From NCBI GenBank assembly GCA_046290465.1, contig JBKAGP010000001.1, positions 3,520,001 to 3,584,000 of the forward strand: DNA of 64,000 nt. The letters are read 5' to 3'. The notes beneath the pieces are model-generated. The model did no database searches, was not told the origin of the DNA, and saw nothing but the letters and a program-made list of their open reading frames with translations. The stretch is from Planctomycetota bacterium. Lineage in GTDB: Bacteria; Planctomycetota; UBA1135; UBA2386. Shown here piece by piece: positions 10,406 through 20,497 of the stretch. Positions within the stretch are counted from its first letter, which is position 1, and every line of letters starts with the position of its first letter. Both the position numbers and the translations under genes were made by a program.

Positions 10406-10975
10406 ATGCGGCGAACCCGATGCGTCTGGCTGATCCTCCTGGCAGGCTGTGCGAGCCCGGCCGGGCCGTCGCTCGGCGAACTGCTGGCCGACTCCGCGAT
10501 CGGCCAGTCTGCCCGCATCACGATCGAAGGCGACGCGGTGGTCGCGTTCGCCACCCCCGCCGACTTCCGCGCGCTGCCGGCCGAAGCGCGCAAGACCTGT
10601 GACACGGTGGCGCCCGAGGGCACGCTGCTGTTCTGCGGTGTCGAACGCGGACCGCGCGGCGAAGGCTTCCGGGTCGAGAAGCGCTACGACGAGCCGAGCC
10701 CGCACGAACGTTCGCTGCTGGTCGACGAACTGGGCAAGGTGCTCGAACGCAGCCACACGCTGCCGGTGTCGCAGACGCCGCAACACGTATTGGCCACCGC
10801 GCTGCGCTGCGGACCGTTCGTCGAACGCGTCGAGATCGTCTCCGGGCCCGTTCGTGAGGAGTACTGGCGCGTGCTGGTCAAGGACCGCAGCAACCGCCGG
10901 TTCACCGCGACGATCGACCTCGACGGCGACCTGCTGCACCTGCGGCGTCGGACCGCGAGCCGCGTCGACAGCTAG
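10406..10975 (+). CDS. Hypothetical lipoprotein, possibly PepSY-like repeats
   Basis: MRRTRCVWLILLAGC lipobox; two repeats of the LP..V / D..G.VL pattern. Confidence 0.6.
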   Translation: MRRTRCVWLILLAGCASPAGPSLGELLADSAIGQSARITIEGDAVVAFATPADFRALPAEARKTCDTVAPEGTLLFCGVERGPRGEGFRVEKRYDEPSPHERSLLVDELGKVLERSHTLPVSQTPQHVLATALRCGPFVERVEIVSGPVREEYWRVLVKDRSNRRFTATIDLDGDLLHLRRRTASRVDS

Positions 10976-11009
10976 GAGCGCGTCCATGTAGTGGACGCGC
11001 TCCTAGCTG
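10969..11009. repeat. Perfect 18-bp inverted repeat with CTAG near each end
   Basis: CAGCTAGGAGCGCGTCCA-tgtag-TGGACGCGCTCCTAGCTG. Confidence 0.9.
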
Positions 11010-11087
11010 CGTCGACACCGCGCCACGCGCCGACCTTTGGCGGAAACGGGCATCGCCCGCCGGCTGGCGGTGCCCTACGCTGCGAGC

Positions 11088-11435
11088 ATGCGCAACACCA
11101 AGCGAGTCGGCGCCCTGCTCGTGCTCAGCACGCTGCTCGGCTCCTGCGCCGCCGGGCCGCACCAGCTGCGGCGCTCCGTCGACGACTGGGACCACCAGGT
11201 CTACGTCAACAGCCCGTGGCTCAACGCCGCGATGTGGATCGTGCCGGTCTATCCGGTGTGCCACGCCGGCGCGCTGGTGATCGACTTCGCGATCACCGAT
11301 CCGTACTACTTCTGGTTCGACGACGCCTGGGACGGCAACGGCACGGGCTTCCAGCACCTCGACGTCGAGTGGACCGATGGCCACGTCGACAGCCTGCTGT
11401 CCGACCGTTCGGGCTGGACGCGAACGGAGCGGTAA
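11088..11435 (+). CDS. Small lipoprotein, DUF3332-like
   Basis: Lipobox LLGSC; C.G...L....DW...PVY.....D......FW pattern recalls DUF3332. Confidence 0.6.
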   Translation: MRNTKRVGALLVLSTLLGSCAAGPHQLRRSVDDWDHQVYVNSPWLNAAMWIVPVYPVCHAGALVIDFAITDPYYFWFDDAWDGNGTGFQHLDVEWTDGHVDSLLSDRSGWTRTER

Positions 11436-11439
11436 CGAC

Positions 11440-12654
11440 ATGTCGCCGCGCGTCACGTCGCTGCTGTTGCCGACGGTCGCGCTCGCGCTGGCGGCGCCGA
11501 CCACCGCGCAGTTCCTCAACCGCGCCGTCTGGCTCGGCCTCGACGAGGAGGGCGTGCGCCGCGACTTTGCGCAGGGTCGTGAGTACTACATCGACCGGAT
11601 GTCGTACGTGACGCTGGCGCCGTGGTGGGACCGCGGCCTGCAGCGGTTCGGCAACGAGGTGCGCTACCAGCTCGGCTCGGTCAGCTCGCGCGACTTCACG
11701 ATCGAAGGGCACATCGACCACCGGATCGAGCTCGGTGACGGGTTCTCGTTCCGCTACCACGTGCTGCAGGGCGAGAACCGCGACACGCGCTTCGTGCGCA
11801 ACGCGATCGGGCTCGAGTACGAACTCGACGACACGACGGCGCTGTTCGTGCAGGGCACGCCGTTCGCCGACAAGAGCGCCATCGACGTGTCGGCCGGCGC
11901 CTGGCTGTGGCGACGCGGGGACCAGGCGCTGCGTGTGATGCTGACGTCGGTCGATGCACCGAGCGACAAGAGCCGGACGTTCGAGTTCGAACGGGCGCCC
12001 TACGGGCTGCAGGTCGCGGGCGCGTTCGGCGACGCGGACGGCCACCGGCTGGTGTTCGACGTCGCCGCCCAGCTGCCGTTCGAGCTGCGCGAACTCGACA
12101 GCGGCAACCACTTCGAGATGGAGCGCTACATCGCCAACCTCGAGACCCATCTGCACGTCGACGAGGACGACCGCATCGTCTGCGCGATCGAGGCCGAATA
12201 CGCGGACAAGATGCTGCGCCCGGTCGGTGACGGCGATCCGCTGCGCGAGCACTTCGACCGTGAGTTCCACCAGATCCGATTCGAGTGGTGGCGCGACGGT
12301 CCGCAGCCGTGGTCGATCGGGTTCGCGCACACCTACCTCAGCGAACGCGGCAACCGACCCAACGATCCCGTTAACGACCTGCGCGCGCTGCGCAGCGAGT
12401 GGATGGGGATCGTGCGCTACCAGCTGCCGATCGACGGCCGCCTGTCGTTCGAACCGCAGCTGCTGGCCGGCAACGTGCGCGACCGCTTCTTCGACGGCGA
12501 CGGCCGCCGCGGCAGTTCGCGGTTCGAGGGCAAGATCGCGTGGAACGCACGCTGGGACTTCTCGCCGAACGTCACCCTCGCGCTGATCGTCAGCACCCAG
12601 CTCGACGAACTCGCGTTCGGCGGCGGCGGCGCCCAGTTCGTCGCGCGCTTCTGA
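11440..12654 (+). CDS. Putative outer-membrane beta-barrel protein
   Basis: Signal peptide; amphipathic beta strands; C-terminal Phe (AQFVARF). Confidence 0.65.
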   Translation: MSPRVTSLLLPTVALALAAPTTAQFLNRAVWLGLDEEGVRRDFAQGREYYIDRMSYVTLAPWWDRGLQRFGNEVRYQLGSVSSRDFTIEGHIDHRIELGDGFSFRYHVLQGENRDTRFVRNAIGLEYELDDTTALFVQGTPFADKSAIDVSAGAWLWRRGDQALRVMLTSVDAPSDKSRTFEFERAPYGLQVAGAFGDADGHRLVFDVAAQLPFELRELDSGNHFEMERYIANLETHLHVDEDDRIVCAIEAEYADKMLRPVGDGDPLREHFDREFHQIRFEWWRDGPQPWSIGFAHTYLSERGNRPNDPVNDLRALRSEWMGIVRYQLPIDGRLSFEPQLLAGNVRDRFFDGDGRRGSSRFEGKIAWNARWDFSPNVTLALIVSTQLDELAFGGGGAQFVARF

Positions 12655-12721
12655 CGACCGGGGCCGCGGGCGCTGTCCTGGTCCGTCAGGTCTGCTCCCG
12701 GAACGACCTTACGAACCGACC

Positions 12722-13648
12722 TTACGGACCGAACAGGTTGGCGAGCGCTTCGTCGAGGGTGGGGAAGGCGAAGGGGAAGGCGTCTTCGGCGAGGCGGTGC
12801 GAGGCGCAGTAGCGGCCGAGCGTGGCCAGTTCGGGGTCGGTGCGCAGCAGCAGCGGCGCGCCGATGCGGACCATCCAGCGGGCTGCCGGCAGGCCGAAGG
12901 GCACCCCCATCGCGCGCCGCAGCGACCGCATGAACCGCGCGTTCGAAACCGGGTTCGGCGCGGTCGCGAGGTAGGCACCGCGCATGTCCTGGTCCTCGAT
13001 GGCGCGCACGAACAGCGCGTCCATGTCGCGCTCGTGGATCCAGCTGATGCCCTGCCGACCGTGACCGATGCGGCCGCCGAGGAAGCACCGCGCCAACAAC
13101 GCCAGCCGCGGCAGCGCGCCACCGCTGCGACCGAGCACGAAGCTGGTGCGCAACACGACGCTGCGCATGCCTTCGAGCAGCCCTTCGGTGTGCGCGCGCT
13201 CCCACGCCTGACCGACCATCGGCGCCAGCCCGACCCCGAACGCGCTGCGTTCGTCGCACAGCTGCTCGCTCGGATCGCCGTAGATGTGCGCGGTCGACAT
13301 CTGCACCCACACGGCCGGCGGCGCATCGAGGTCGCGCAGCGCGCGCCCCAGCGCGGTGGTCGACTCGACCCGCGAACGCAGGATCTCGTCCTGGTGCTCC
13401 GGCGTCTTGATGCAATCGACGGTACGGCCGGCGAGGTTGACCAGGGCCGTCGCGCCATCGAGTTCGCGCTTCCAGTCGCCGACCGTGCGACCGTCCCAAC
13501 CGACGAACTCACCGACCGGCTGCACCGGCCGGGTCCTGCCGAGCACGGTGACCCGGTAGCCGCGCCGCAGCAGGTCGGCCGCCAGGTTGGCGCCGAGGAA
13601 GCCGGTGCCGCCGGCGATCACCACCCGACCGTTCGTCGCGCGTTCCAC
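12722..13648 (-). CDS. NAD-dependent epimerase family protein (TIGR01777/DUF1731 type)
   Basis: [40 protein letters not shown]. Confidence 0.9.
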   Translation of the reverse strand: MERATNGRVVIAGGTGFLGANLAADLLRRGYRVTVLGRTRPVQPVGEFVGWDGRTVGDWKRELDGATALVNLAGRTVDCIKTPEHQDEILRSRVESTTALGRALRDLDAPPAVWVQMSTAHIYGDPSEQLCDERSAFGVGLAPMVGQAWERAHTEGLLEGMRSVVLRTSFVLGRSGGALPRLALLARCFLGGRIGHGRQGISWIHERDMDALFVRAIEDQDMRGAYLATAPNPVSNARFMRSLRRAMGVPFGLPAARWMVRIGAPLLLRTDPELATLGRYCASHRLAEDAFPFAFPTLDEALANLFGP

Positions 13649-13675
13649 GAACGGACAACGCGACCGCCAGCCCGC

Positions 13676-14323
13676 CTATTTCGTGTGATCGACCAGCTCG
13701 ACCATCGTGTCCCCCAGCAGCTGGCGGACCTCGATGCCCGGATCCGGCGCGAACCAGATCATCTGGGTGCGAGTCAGGAACTTGCCCTGCGCCTCGGGCA
13801 CGCCGAGCCGTAGCGTGCGCGCGATCCGCAGCGCCTCGAACGTGCCCGCCGGCACCTCGATGCGGTCCATCCCCTCGACGTGGTAGCTGGCCAGCATCGG
13901 CAGCGCCTTGCCGTCCCGCACGCGATCGACGAACTCGCACTGCCAGCGCTTGCCGACCCAGAGCGGCCAGTGGTAGCGCACGTCTGCCGGCGTCATCAGC
14001 CGCTGCGGCTCGTCCGCGACCCACTCGCCGAGGTTGCCCAGGTCGAGGTCGCGGCGCAGTTGCCGGTCGTCGCCCATGTCGATCACGTAGGCGCCGTCCT
14101 CGATCGCGACGACCTCGAACGTGCCGCGCAGCTGTTCGCCGCGGACCAGCGAGAAGCGGTCGCCGACCGACCACTGCGGCCGGTCCCAGGTCTGCACGCC
14201 GTCCGGCCGTGGATCCACCTGCAGCACGCCGCGGCCTTCGCCAGCGGGCAGCGTGCCCTCCAGGCCGGAGCACGAGGCCAGCGCCAGCAGGGCGAACGTC
14301 GACGACCAGACGCGGGGGTTCAC
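13676..14323 (-). CDS. Hypothetical lipoprotein
   Basis: Lipobox LASC; IEVPAGTFEAL motif; start overlaps upstream stop. Confidence 0.65.
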   Translation of the reverse strand: MNPRVWSSTFALLALASCSGLEGTLPAGEGRGVLQVDPRPDGVQTWDRPQWSVGDRFSLVRGEQLRGTFEVVAIEDGAYVIDMGDDRQLRRDLDLGNLGEWVADEPQRLMTPADVRYHWPLWVGKRWQCEFVDRVRDGKALPMLASYHVEGMDRIEVPAGTFEALRIARTLRLGVPEAQGKFLTRTQMIWFAPDPGIEVRQLLGDTMVELVDHTK

Positions 14324-15033
14324 GGCAGTTCGATCGGGATCGGTCGGAAGTCGATCGCGTCCACCGACGCGAGGTAGTAGCGGATGCCGTCGGCCTCGCC
14401 CTGGAAGCCGTACTTGTGGTCCTTGCCGTGCAGGTGGCCGTAGACGCAGACCTGCACGCAGGCGTCGCGCAGGATCTGCACCGCGTCGGTCTCACGCCCG
14501 TCGGAGTAGCGCGGCGGGTAGTGCACCAGCGCGATCGTGCGGTCGCCGTCCGGCACGCAGCCGCCGAGCTTGCGGCCCGCCTGGACCGACAGCTTGAGCC
14601 GCTCGAGTTCGCGCGCGAACACGGTGCCGGCCTTGTCGTCGGCCCACGGGGCATCGGGCGGATCCCACAGGCGCGTGCCGATGACCACGGTGCCGTCCGG
14701 CATCTTGATCGCGTTGTTCTGCAGCAGCTGCACCGAGTCGTCGAGCGCGCGCTCGACCTTGGCACGCGACTGCCACCAGGTGCAGTGGTTGCCCTTGATC
14801 AGGATCTTGTGGCCGGGCCGCGCGCACAGCCAGTCGAGGTCCGGCTGCGCCTGGGCGAGGTTGAGCCCCCACGAAGTGTCGCCGCCGACCAGCACCCAGT
14901 CGTCCGGGCCGATCATCTCGTCCCAGGCCTCGCGCATCCGTTCGGCGTGGTTGACCCACTGCTCGCCGAAGATGTCCATCGGCTTGTCGACGCCGAGGCT
15001 CAGGTGCAGGTCACTGATGGCGAACAGTCGCAA
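14320..15033 (-). CDS. Calcineurin-like metallophosphoesterase
   Basis: AISDLHL, GGDTSW, KGNH, HYPP, YGHLH; TTG start inferred. Confidence 0.9.
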   Translation of the reverse strand: MRLFAISDLHLSLGVDKPMDIFGEQWVNHAERMREAWDEMIGPDDWVLVGGDTSWGLNLAQAQPDLDWLCARPGHKILIKGNHCTWWQSRAKVERALDDSVQLLQNNAIKMPDGTVVIGTRLWDPPDAPWADDKAGTVFARELERLKLSVQAGRKLGGCVPDGDRTIALVHYPPRYSDGRETDAVQILRDACVQVCVYGHLHGKDHKYGFQGEADGIRYYLASVDAIDFRPIPIELP

Positions 15034-15054
15034 GGTGGTCTTCGGTGCGGGGCG

Positions 15055-15108
15055 GATGGCTCGGGCTGATGGCTCGGGCCTGGGAGCTCGGGCTGATCGC
15101 TCGGGCTG
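15055..15108. repeat. Degenerate 13-14 bp tandem repeat, 4 copies
   Basis: GCTCGGGC at 15059, 15072, 15086, 15099. Confidence 0.75.
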
Positions 15109-15190
15109 GGGGCGTCGCAGTGAACGGCCCTTGGCCCGGCTTGGCAAGCGCACCTAGCGTTCTGCGCGGAGAAGTTCCGCCGCGATGCGA

Positions 15191-16393
15191 CTAGACCGGC
15201 GGCAGCTCGTCGACGTTGACGGCGCCGGGCGGCAGCGTCTTCGCCGCGCCGCCGAACCCGAGCGCGTGCAGCGCACGGCCGACGAACTCCTGCAGGCGCT
15301 CGAAGCTGGCCGCGGTGACGACCGCCGGCGTGACCATCTGCAGCGCCGGGCGCAGCAGGCTGCGGGCGGCGAACAGGTGGAACGCGAGCGACCGGTCCTT
15401 CGGCTCCACCGCGTCGCCCATCGCCAGCAGCAGCACGTCGTGCATCTTCCAGCTGTCGGGCTGGCCGCTGACGCCGAGTTCGCTGCGACGCGGGATCGCG
15501 TGGTCCAGCAGCGCCGTCTCCATGACCGACGCCAGCATCACGGTCGCGATCCGGTAGTCCCCGGCCGCGGCCGAGCGTTCGTAGGCGGTCAGGTCCATGC
15601 CGACCAGCGAACGCAGCCGCGGGTCGCGGATCTTGTTGCGGTCGAGCAGGGCCGGGGCGGATTCCGAACCCGCCGTCACCTCGTCCAGCAGTTCGGGCGC
15701 CTCCGGCTCGGGGCCGGGCAGCGGCTGGGTCGCCGCCGGCGAGCCGCTCTGCCAGTCGTCCTGGGAGCCGACCCCGGCCATGTGGTCGCCGAACGACGTG
15801 ATCCCCTGCGCCATGCTCGGCGCGTGCGACGCACCGCCACCTGCAGCGGGGTCGCCACCGAGCGCGCCGGTCCCGGGCGCGACGATCTTCTGCCGCGCGG
15901 CGACGTCGCCGAAGACCTTGTTCTGGATGCGCGTGTTGAGCGCCCGAACGGCCTCCCCCATCACCGGGGCGAGGCGCGGCAGCGGCAGGTCAACGACCGG
16001 CTTCTCGGCCAGCTCGACCGCCCAGTCTCCGAGCACCTGGCGCTTCTTGGTCAGCCACTGCCGTTCGTCCGGCGCCATCGCGCGCTCGACCAGCCGCACG
16101 TCGATCGCCTCGACCGCGCGCCGACAGCTGGCGACCAGCAGGCTGGCATCACCCTCGCTCAGGTCCAGCGCGACGATGTCCTGGTAGCCGCTGGCGCAGC
16201 GCTGCAGGTAATCGCGCAGGCGGCGCACGTCGCCATAGAGCCGCGGCAGCGTGTCCGGCCCCGCGACGCTCTGCTGCGAGAGCTCGAGGCGGTGTGCTCC
16301 GAGCTGCTCGAGCGTCAGCTTCGCCGCTTCGAGGAAGCAGACGGCGACGACCTTCTTGACCTGCAATTCCGGCATGGGTGGCAACGCAGCCAT
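15191..16393 (-). CDS. Hypothetical protein with C-terminal HEPN/DUF4145-like helical domain
   Basis: 401 codons; C-terminal AAAGDYRIATVMLASVMETALL...LFAARSLLRP pattern; alternative start at 16375. Confidence 0.6.
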   Translation of the reverse strand: MAALPPMPELQVKKVVAVCFLEAAKLTLEQLGAHRLELSQQSVAGPDTLPRLYGDVRRLRDYLQRCASGYQDIVALDLSEGDASLLVASCRRAVEAIDVRLVERAMAPDERQWLTKKRQVLGDWAVELAEKPVVDLPLPRLAPVMGEAVRALNTRIQNKVFGDVAARQKIVAPGTGALGGDPAAGGGASHAPSMAQGITSFGDHMAGVGSQDDWQSGSPAATQPLPGPEPEAPELLDEVTAGSESAPALLDRNKIRDPRLRSLVGMDLTAYERSAAAGDYRIATVMLASVMETALLDHAIPRRSELGVSGQPDSWKMHDVLLLAMGDAVEPKDRSLAFHLFAARSLLRPALQMVTPAVVTAASFERLQEFVGRALHALGFGGAAKTLPPGAVNVDELPPV

Positions 16394-16613
16394 CGACAGA
16401 AACCCGTACACTCCTTGACCGTTCGTGGTGGCCGCGGCCCGGGTTCGGACACCCGGGCACAAGCAGCCGCTCGGAAATGACTTACAGAAGCCCTCCCCGC
16501 GACGGCGCCGAATCGTCACGGCCGCCTGCAAATCGACAGCCTCCAGGCCCGTAGCGGCCACCTTGCCCCCGTCGAGATCCTGCTCGCAACCCACGCTGCC
16601 CGCCCCTGCCACG

Positions 16614-17519
16614 ATGAGCCGCCTCGTGCCGATCCTCTGCGCCGTTGCCACCGTTGGCATCGGCCTGACCGCATGGTCCCAACTGTCCGCCGGCGACACC
16701 GACCTCGAGATTCCCAAGGGCGCGACGCCCGCGGCCCCGCCGGCCGGGCAGGACGCCGGCGCCGCGCTGCGCAAGGCCCGCCAGCAGTGCTCGCTCGCCG
16801 CGATCGACGCCGTCGTCGCCAAGGTCCGGGGAGACGCCGAGGCGCGCCCCGAGGATGCCGCGACGTGGCGGCTGCTCGCGGAAGCCCACCTCGAACGGGC
16901 CCAGCAGCGCACCCACCTGCGCGGCATCGCGGTCGGCGAGCCGGTGTTCGACAAGCTGCCGGCGGCGCTCGAGGCCGACCTCGAAGCCGGCATGGCCGCG
17001 GTCGCCAGGGCGCGCGAGCACGGCGACGACACGGGCCAGCTGTTCCGCATCGAGGCCGGCCTGATGAGCCAACGCATCACCGGCTGGACCAGCGCGCTGC
17101 AGTGGAACGGCAAGATCGGCCGCGCCCTGAAGGAGGCCGGCGAGCGCGACGCCGACGACCCGAAGCTGCACGTGGCCCTCGGCCTGCGCAAGCTGCTGGC
17201 GCCGAAGCTGTTCGGCCACGACCCGGAGAAGGCGCTCGAGTACTTCGAGTTCGCCGCCGCGCAGGACGACGACGAGCGTCCGGCGGTGTTCGCGGGCATG
17301 GCCAGCTACCTGCAGAAGAAGCGGCAGCAGGCGATCGGCTGGCTCGAGCAGGCCGTCGCGAAGAACCCGTCGAACAGGTTCGCGCGCGTCGTGCTCGAGC
17401 GCCTGCGCCGCGGCGAGGAAGACCCCTTCGGTCGTGACGTGACCGAAGCGGAGTTCGCCGCCCTCGGCGGCAAGTACGGCGGCCGGCCGCCCTATCGGTC
17501 GCGGCGCTCGCGCAGGTAG
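16614..17519 (+). CDS. Secreted TPR-repeat protein
   Basis: Signal peptide; TPR-like helices (AIGWLEQAVAKNPSN). Confidence 0.7.
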   Translation: MSRLVPILCAVATVGIGLTAWSQLSAGDTDLEIPKGATPAAPPAGQDAGAALRKARQQCSLAAIDAVVAKVRGDAEARPEDAATWRLLAEAHLERAQQRTHLRGIAVGEPVFDKLPAALEADLEAGMAAVARAREHGDDTGQLFRIEAGLMSQRITGWTSALQWNGKIGRALKEAGERDADDPKLHVALGLRKLLAPKLFGHDPEKALEYFEFAAAQDDDERPAVFAGMASYLQKKRQQAIGWLEQAVAKNPSNRFARVVLERLRRGEEDPFGRDVTEAEFAALGGKYGGRPPYRSRRSRR

Positions 17520-19153
17520 CGCACGCGCGACGGGCCGACGAACTCGCCGCGGCGGCCAGAGACTCGGCGCCAGCGCTCCTGCGGGGCGTCGTGGCTCTCG
17601 CGGCCGCGCAGCATCTGCCGGATCTCCTGCATCATCTCGCGGAGCTCGCGCATCTCGGCGCGCATCTCCTCGATCATCTCGGCGAGTTCCTCGACCTCTT
17701 CCTCGATCTCCTCGCACTCCTCTTCGCACTCCTCGCACTCCTCCTCGTGCTCGGCGTGCGCGTGCCCTTCATGCACGTCGTGCTCACCGTGGACGGCGCG
17801 CTCGACCCACTCGTAGACCGCCTTGTGGTCGCCGTCGCCTTCTTCGAAGACGAACAGGCCGCCGTTCGACGGCTTGTCCTTGCTCTGGACCCAGACGTCG
17901 ACCTGCGGCTGCTCGCCGACGATCGCGTGCGCCTTGGCCTTGGCGGGCTTGCCGTGCTCGTCGTGCACGATGACGTCGAACTCGACCGCGGCGTGGCCCT
18001 TGAAGTCCTTCATCGCCTTGGCGATGTGCTCCTCGATGCCCTCGACGTCGATCTTCGCGTCGCCGTCCCGCTCGAACGTGAAGAAGCGGTTCTCGACCTT
18101 CGCCTTGCCGGCGGCCCCGGTGTCGACGTCGAACGTGAAGAACGCGTTGTTGTCGGCCTTCGCCTTGGCCTTGTTCTTCGCCTTGGCCTTGTTCTTGATC
18201 TTGTTCTTGGCCTTGGCCTTGTTCTTGGCCCGGTCGGGGTCCTGGTGGTACTCGTCGAAGTAGAGGACCTCGGCCTCGACCTCGCTGCCGTCGCCCTTGT
18301 GGACCTGGAAGATCCGGTTGCCGTGCGCCTTGCGGGCACGCTCGTGCACCTTGATCGCCTCCTCGTGCGCGCGCAGCGCATCCGCGTGCGCCTTGACGGC
18401 GGTCTCGGCCGCGCGCCGGGCGTCCTCGGCCGAGCGGTACTGGAGGATCACGCGGCCGTCGCTACCGGTCGCGACCTTGTCGAGGATGCCGCCGGCCTTC
18501 GACACCTTGCCGAGGCGCGCGCGGAGTCGCTCGGCGCGATCGCCGAGGTCGACCTTGCGGACCTTCTTGTTCTTCTTCGGGTCCTGCACGATCGCGGTGT
18601 CGACCTCGACGACGACGTCGCCTTCGACCTCGGCCGGCTTGACCGACAGGAAGCGCGGCCGCTCGACCGACTCGGTCTCGACGACGCGGGCGACGTTGTT
18701 CTTCTTGTCGACGTGCCAACGAACCGACGGCTTGCCCGCCTTGGCCTTGGACTCGACGATCTTGCGGACGACGTCCTCGCGCCGCGCGTCCTCGACGTCG
18801 ACGACGACCGCGACCTCATCGCCCCCGTTGCGGCGCAGGCGCGACACGATCGGGCGCGCGTGCAGCAGCGCGTCCTTCTCGACGTTGACCGAGCCCAGCA
18901 GCTCGATCAGCTCGCGCTTGCACTTGCTGCGCTCGGCGTCCGACAGGTCACCGTCGCTGAGCTTTTCGACGAGCGCGAGCACCAGCGCGTGGCGCCTGGC
19001 ACGGCTCGCCTTGCTCTTGACGGGGTCCTGCTGGGACGGCGACGGCCGGGCCTCGGTGGCCTTGCGTACGATCACTTCATGCTCGTGCTGTGCGGGAACC
19101 AGCGCGCCGCCAAGGCACGCGGCGGCCACGATTCGGATCAGGTTGGGGGTCAT
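17492..19153 (-). CDS. Secreted low-complexity protein with Lys/Ala repeat, His/Glu/Cys tract and C-terminal coiled coil
   Basis: Signal peptide; AGGAG RBS; 27 bp downstream of the M56 gene. Confidence 0.75.
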   Translation of the reverse strand: MTPNLIRIVAAACLGGALVPAQHEHEVIVRKATEARPSPSQQDPVKSKASRARRHALVLALVEKLSDGDLSDAERSKCKRELIELLGSVNVEKDALLHARPIVSRLRRNGGDEVAVVVDVEDARREDVVRKIVESKAKAGKPSVRWHVDKKNNVARVVETESVERPRFLSVKPAEVEGDVVVEVDTAIVQDPKKNKKVRKVDLGDRAERLRARLGKVSKAGGILDKVATGSDGRVILQYRSAEDARRAAETAVKAHADALRAHEEAIKVHERARKAHGNRIFQVHKGDGSEVEAEVLYFDEYHQDPDRAKNKAKAKNKIKNKAKAKNKAKAKADNNAFFTFDVDTGAAGKAKVENRFFTFERDGDAKIDVEGIEEHIAKAMKDFKGHAAVEFDVIVHDEHGKPAKAKAHAIVGEQPQVDVWVQSKDKPSNGGLFVFEEGDGDHKAVYEWVERAVHGEHDVHEGHAHAEHEEECEECEEECEEIEEEVEELAEMIEEMRAEMRELREMMQEIRQMLRGRESHDAPQERWRRVSGRRGEFVGPSRVRYLRERRDR

Positions 19154-19180
19154 GGGTTTCTCCTCGTAACGATCTTCGAA

Positions 19181-20497
19181 CTAACGGTTGAGAGACGAAC
19201 CCCGGCCGAGCCGCGCCCGCAGGCGCGACCGGAGCCGGGTGAGAACGGTGAGGCGCGACTGCAGCAGCTGCTGCAGCTCTGCGGCCTCCGGATCGGGCTG
19301 GATCCGGAGCAGCGCCTGCAGCTGTCGCGCCTCGCGCACGACCGCGGCGTACTCCGTTTCGACCAACGCGACGTACGGCTGAAGCTGCGCTGCCACCGAG
19401 GTTTCGTCGGCGGCGAACGCGGCGACGAACTCGTCGCTGGCGCTGGGCGAGGCGACCGCCTGGCCATCGAGGCCCGGCGCCGCCATCGTCAGCGCGGCCA
19501 GCGACAGCACCGCGACCGAACCGCTGGCGAGGCGACGCGCGGTCGGCGGCTCGGCCGCGCCGAGCGCGGCCTCGACCCGTTCGCGCAGCGCCGACGGGCG
19601 GGCCGCCATGCCGAGCGCCACGGCGGTCGGGGTCGGCTGCGGCCGCAGCCACTCGGCGACCTCGATCAGGCAGCGCGCGACCGCGGTCGGGCTGGTGTGG
19701 TGGGCGGCCTCGGCGTCACAACGCAGCTCGACGACGCGCGACCACTGGCGCCGCACCGCGAGCAGCAGCAGCTGCCACGGGAACAGCGCGTGCACCCAGG
19801 CGGCGATCCACATCCACGCCGGGTCGGCGCGACGCAGGTGCGCGAGTTCGTGGCTGAGCATCGCATGCAGCGAAGCCTCGTCGAGGCTCGCGGCGCGCTC
19901 GGGCAGGCAGACCTCCGGGCGCACGAAGCCGAACGCGATCGGGGTGCACAACCGTTCGGCGCGGCTGATGTGTGGGGAGTGGCGCAGGCCCAGCGACTCG
20001 GCGAGGCGCGCGGCGGCAGCCAGCACCCGCGGGTCGGTCTCGGGACGGCGCGTGGCGAGGATGCGACCCAGGCGCCACCAGGTCCGCCACAGCAGGAACG
20101 CGCCGATCGCGCCGAGCAGCAGCGCGACGCCGACGACGATCGTCGCCCACGGCAGCGGCGCCGCCGGTGCGATCACGGCAGGGTCGGTGGCGGCCGGCGC
20201 TTCGACGACCATGCCGACCAGCGGCACCAGTTCGTCGACGGTCAGCTGCGGCTCGGCCGACAGCAGCGACGTCCACAGGCTGCCGACCAGCGCGAACTGC
20301 AGCGTCGCGCTGACGAACGGCAGCCACATCACCTGCCGCAGCAGCGCATCCTGCAGCGGCAGGCGACGACGGCCGAACAGGCGCGTGACCGTCCAGGTCA
20401 GGGCCAGTGCTACGGTCGAGTGGATCGCGAACGTGCCGAGCCAGGCGGCGACCGGCTCGAGGGTCCGTTCGAGGTCGGCGAGCGAGAGCGCGATCAT
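19181..20497 (-). CDS. BlaR1/MecR1-type M56 family metallopeptidase
   Basis: TM helices; P...G..RP..CLP, HELAHLRRAD, ELRCD motifs; start overlaps repressor stop. Confidence 0.92.
   Translation of the reverse strand: MIALSLADLERTLEPVAAWLGTFAIHSTVALALTWTVTRLFGRRRLPLQDALLRQVMWLPFVSATLQFALVGSLWTSLLSAEPQLTVDELVPLVGMVVEAPAATDPAVIAPAAPLPWATIVVGVALLLGAIGAFLLWRTWWRLGRILATRRPETDPRVLAAAARLAESLGLRHSPHISRAERLCTPIAFGFVRPEVCLPERAASLDEASLHAMLSHELAHLRRADPAWMWIAAWVHALFPWQLLLLAVRRQWSRVVELRCDAEAAHHTSPTAVARCLIEVAEWLRPQPTPTAVALGMAARPSALRERVEAALGAAEPPTARRLASGSVAVLSLAALTMAAPGLDGQAVASPSASDEFVAAFAADETSVAAQLQPYVALVETEYAAVVREARQLQALLRIQPDPEAAELQQLLQSRLTVLTRLRSRLRARLGRGSSLNR

Noticed and set aside
17492..17519. 28-bp overlap of convergent genes
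   Set aside because: Short 3' overlaps are common in GC-rich genomes
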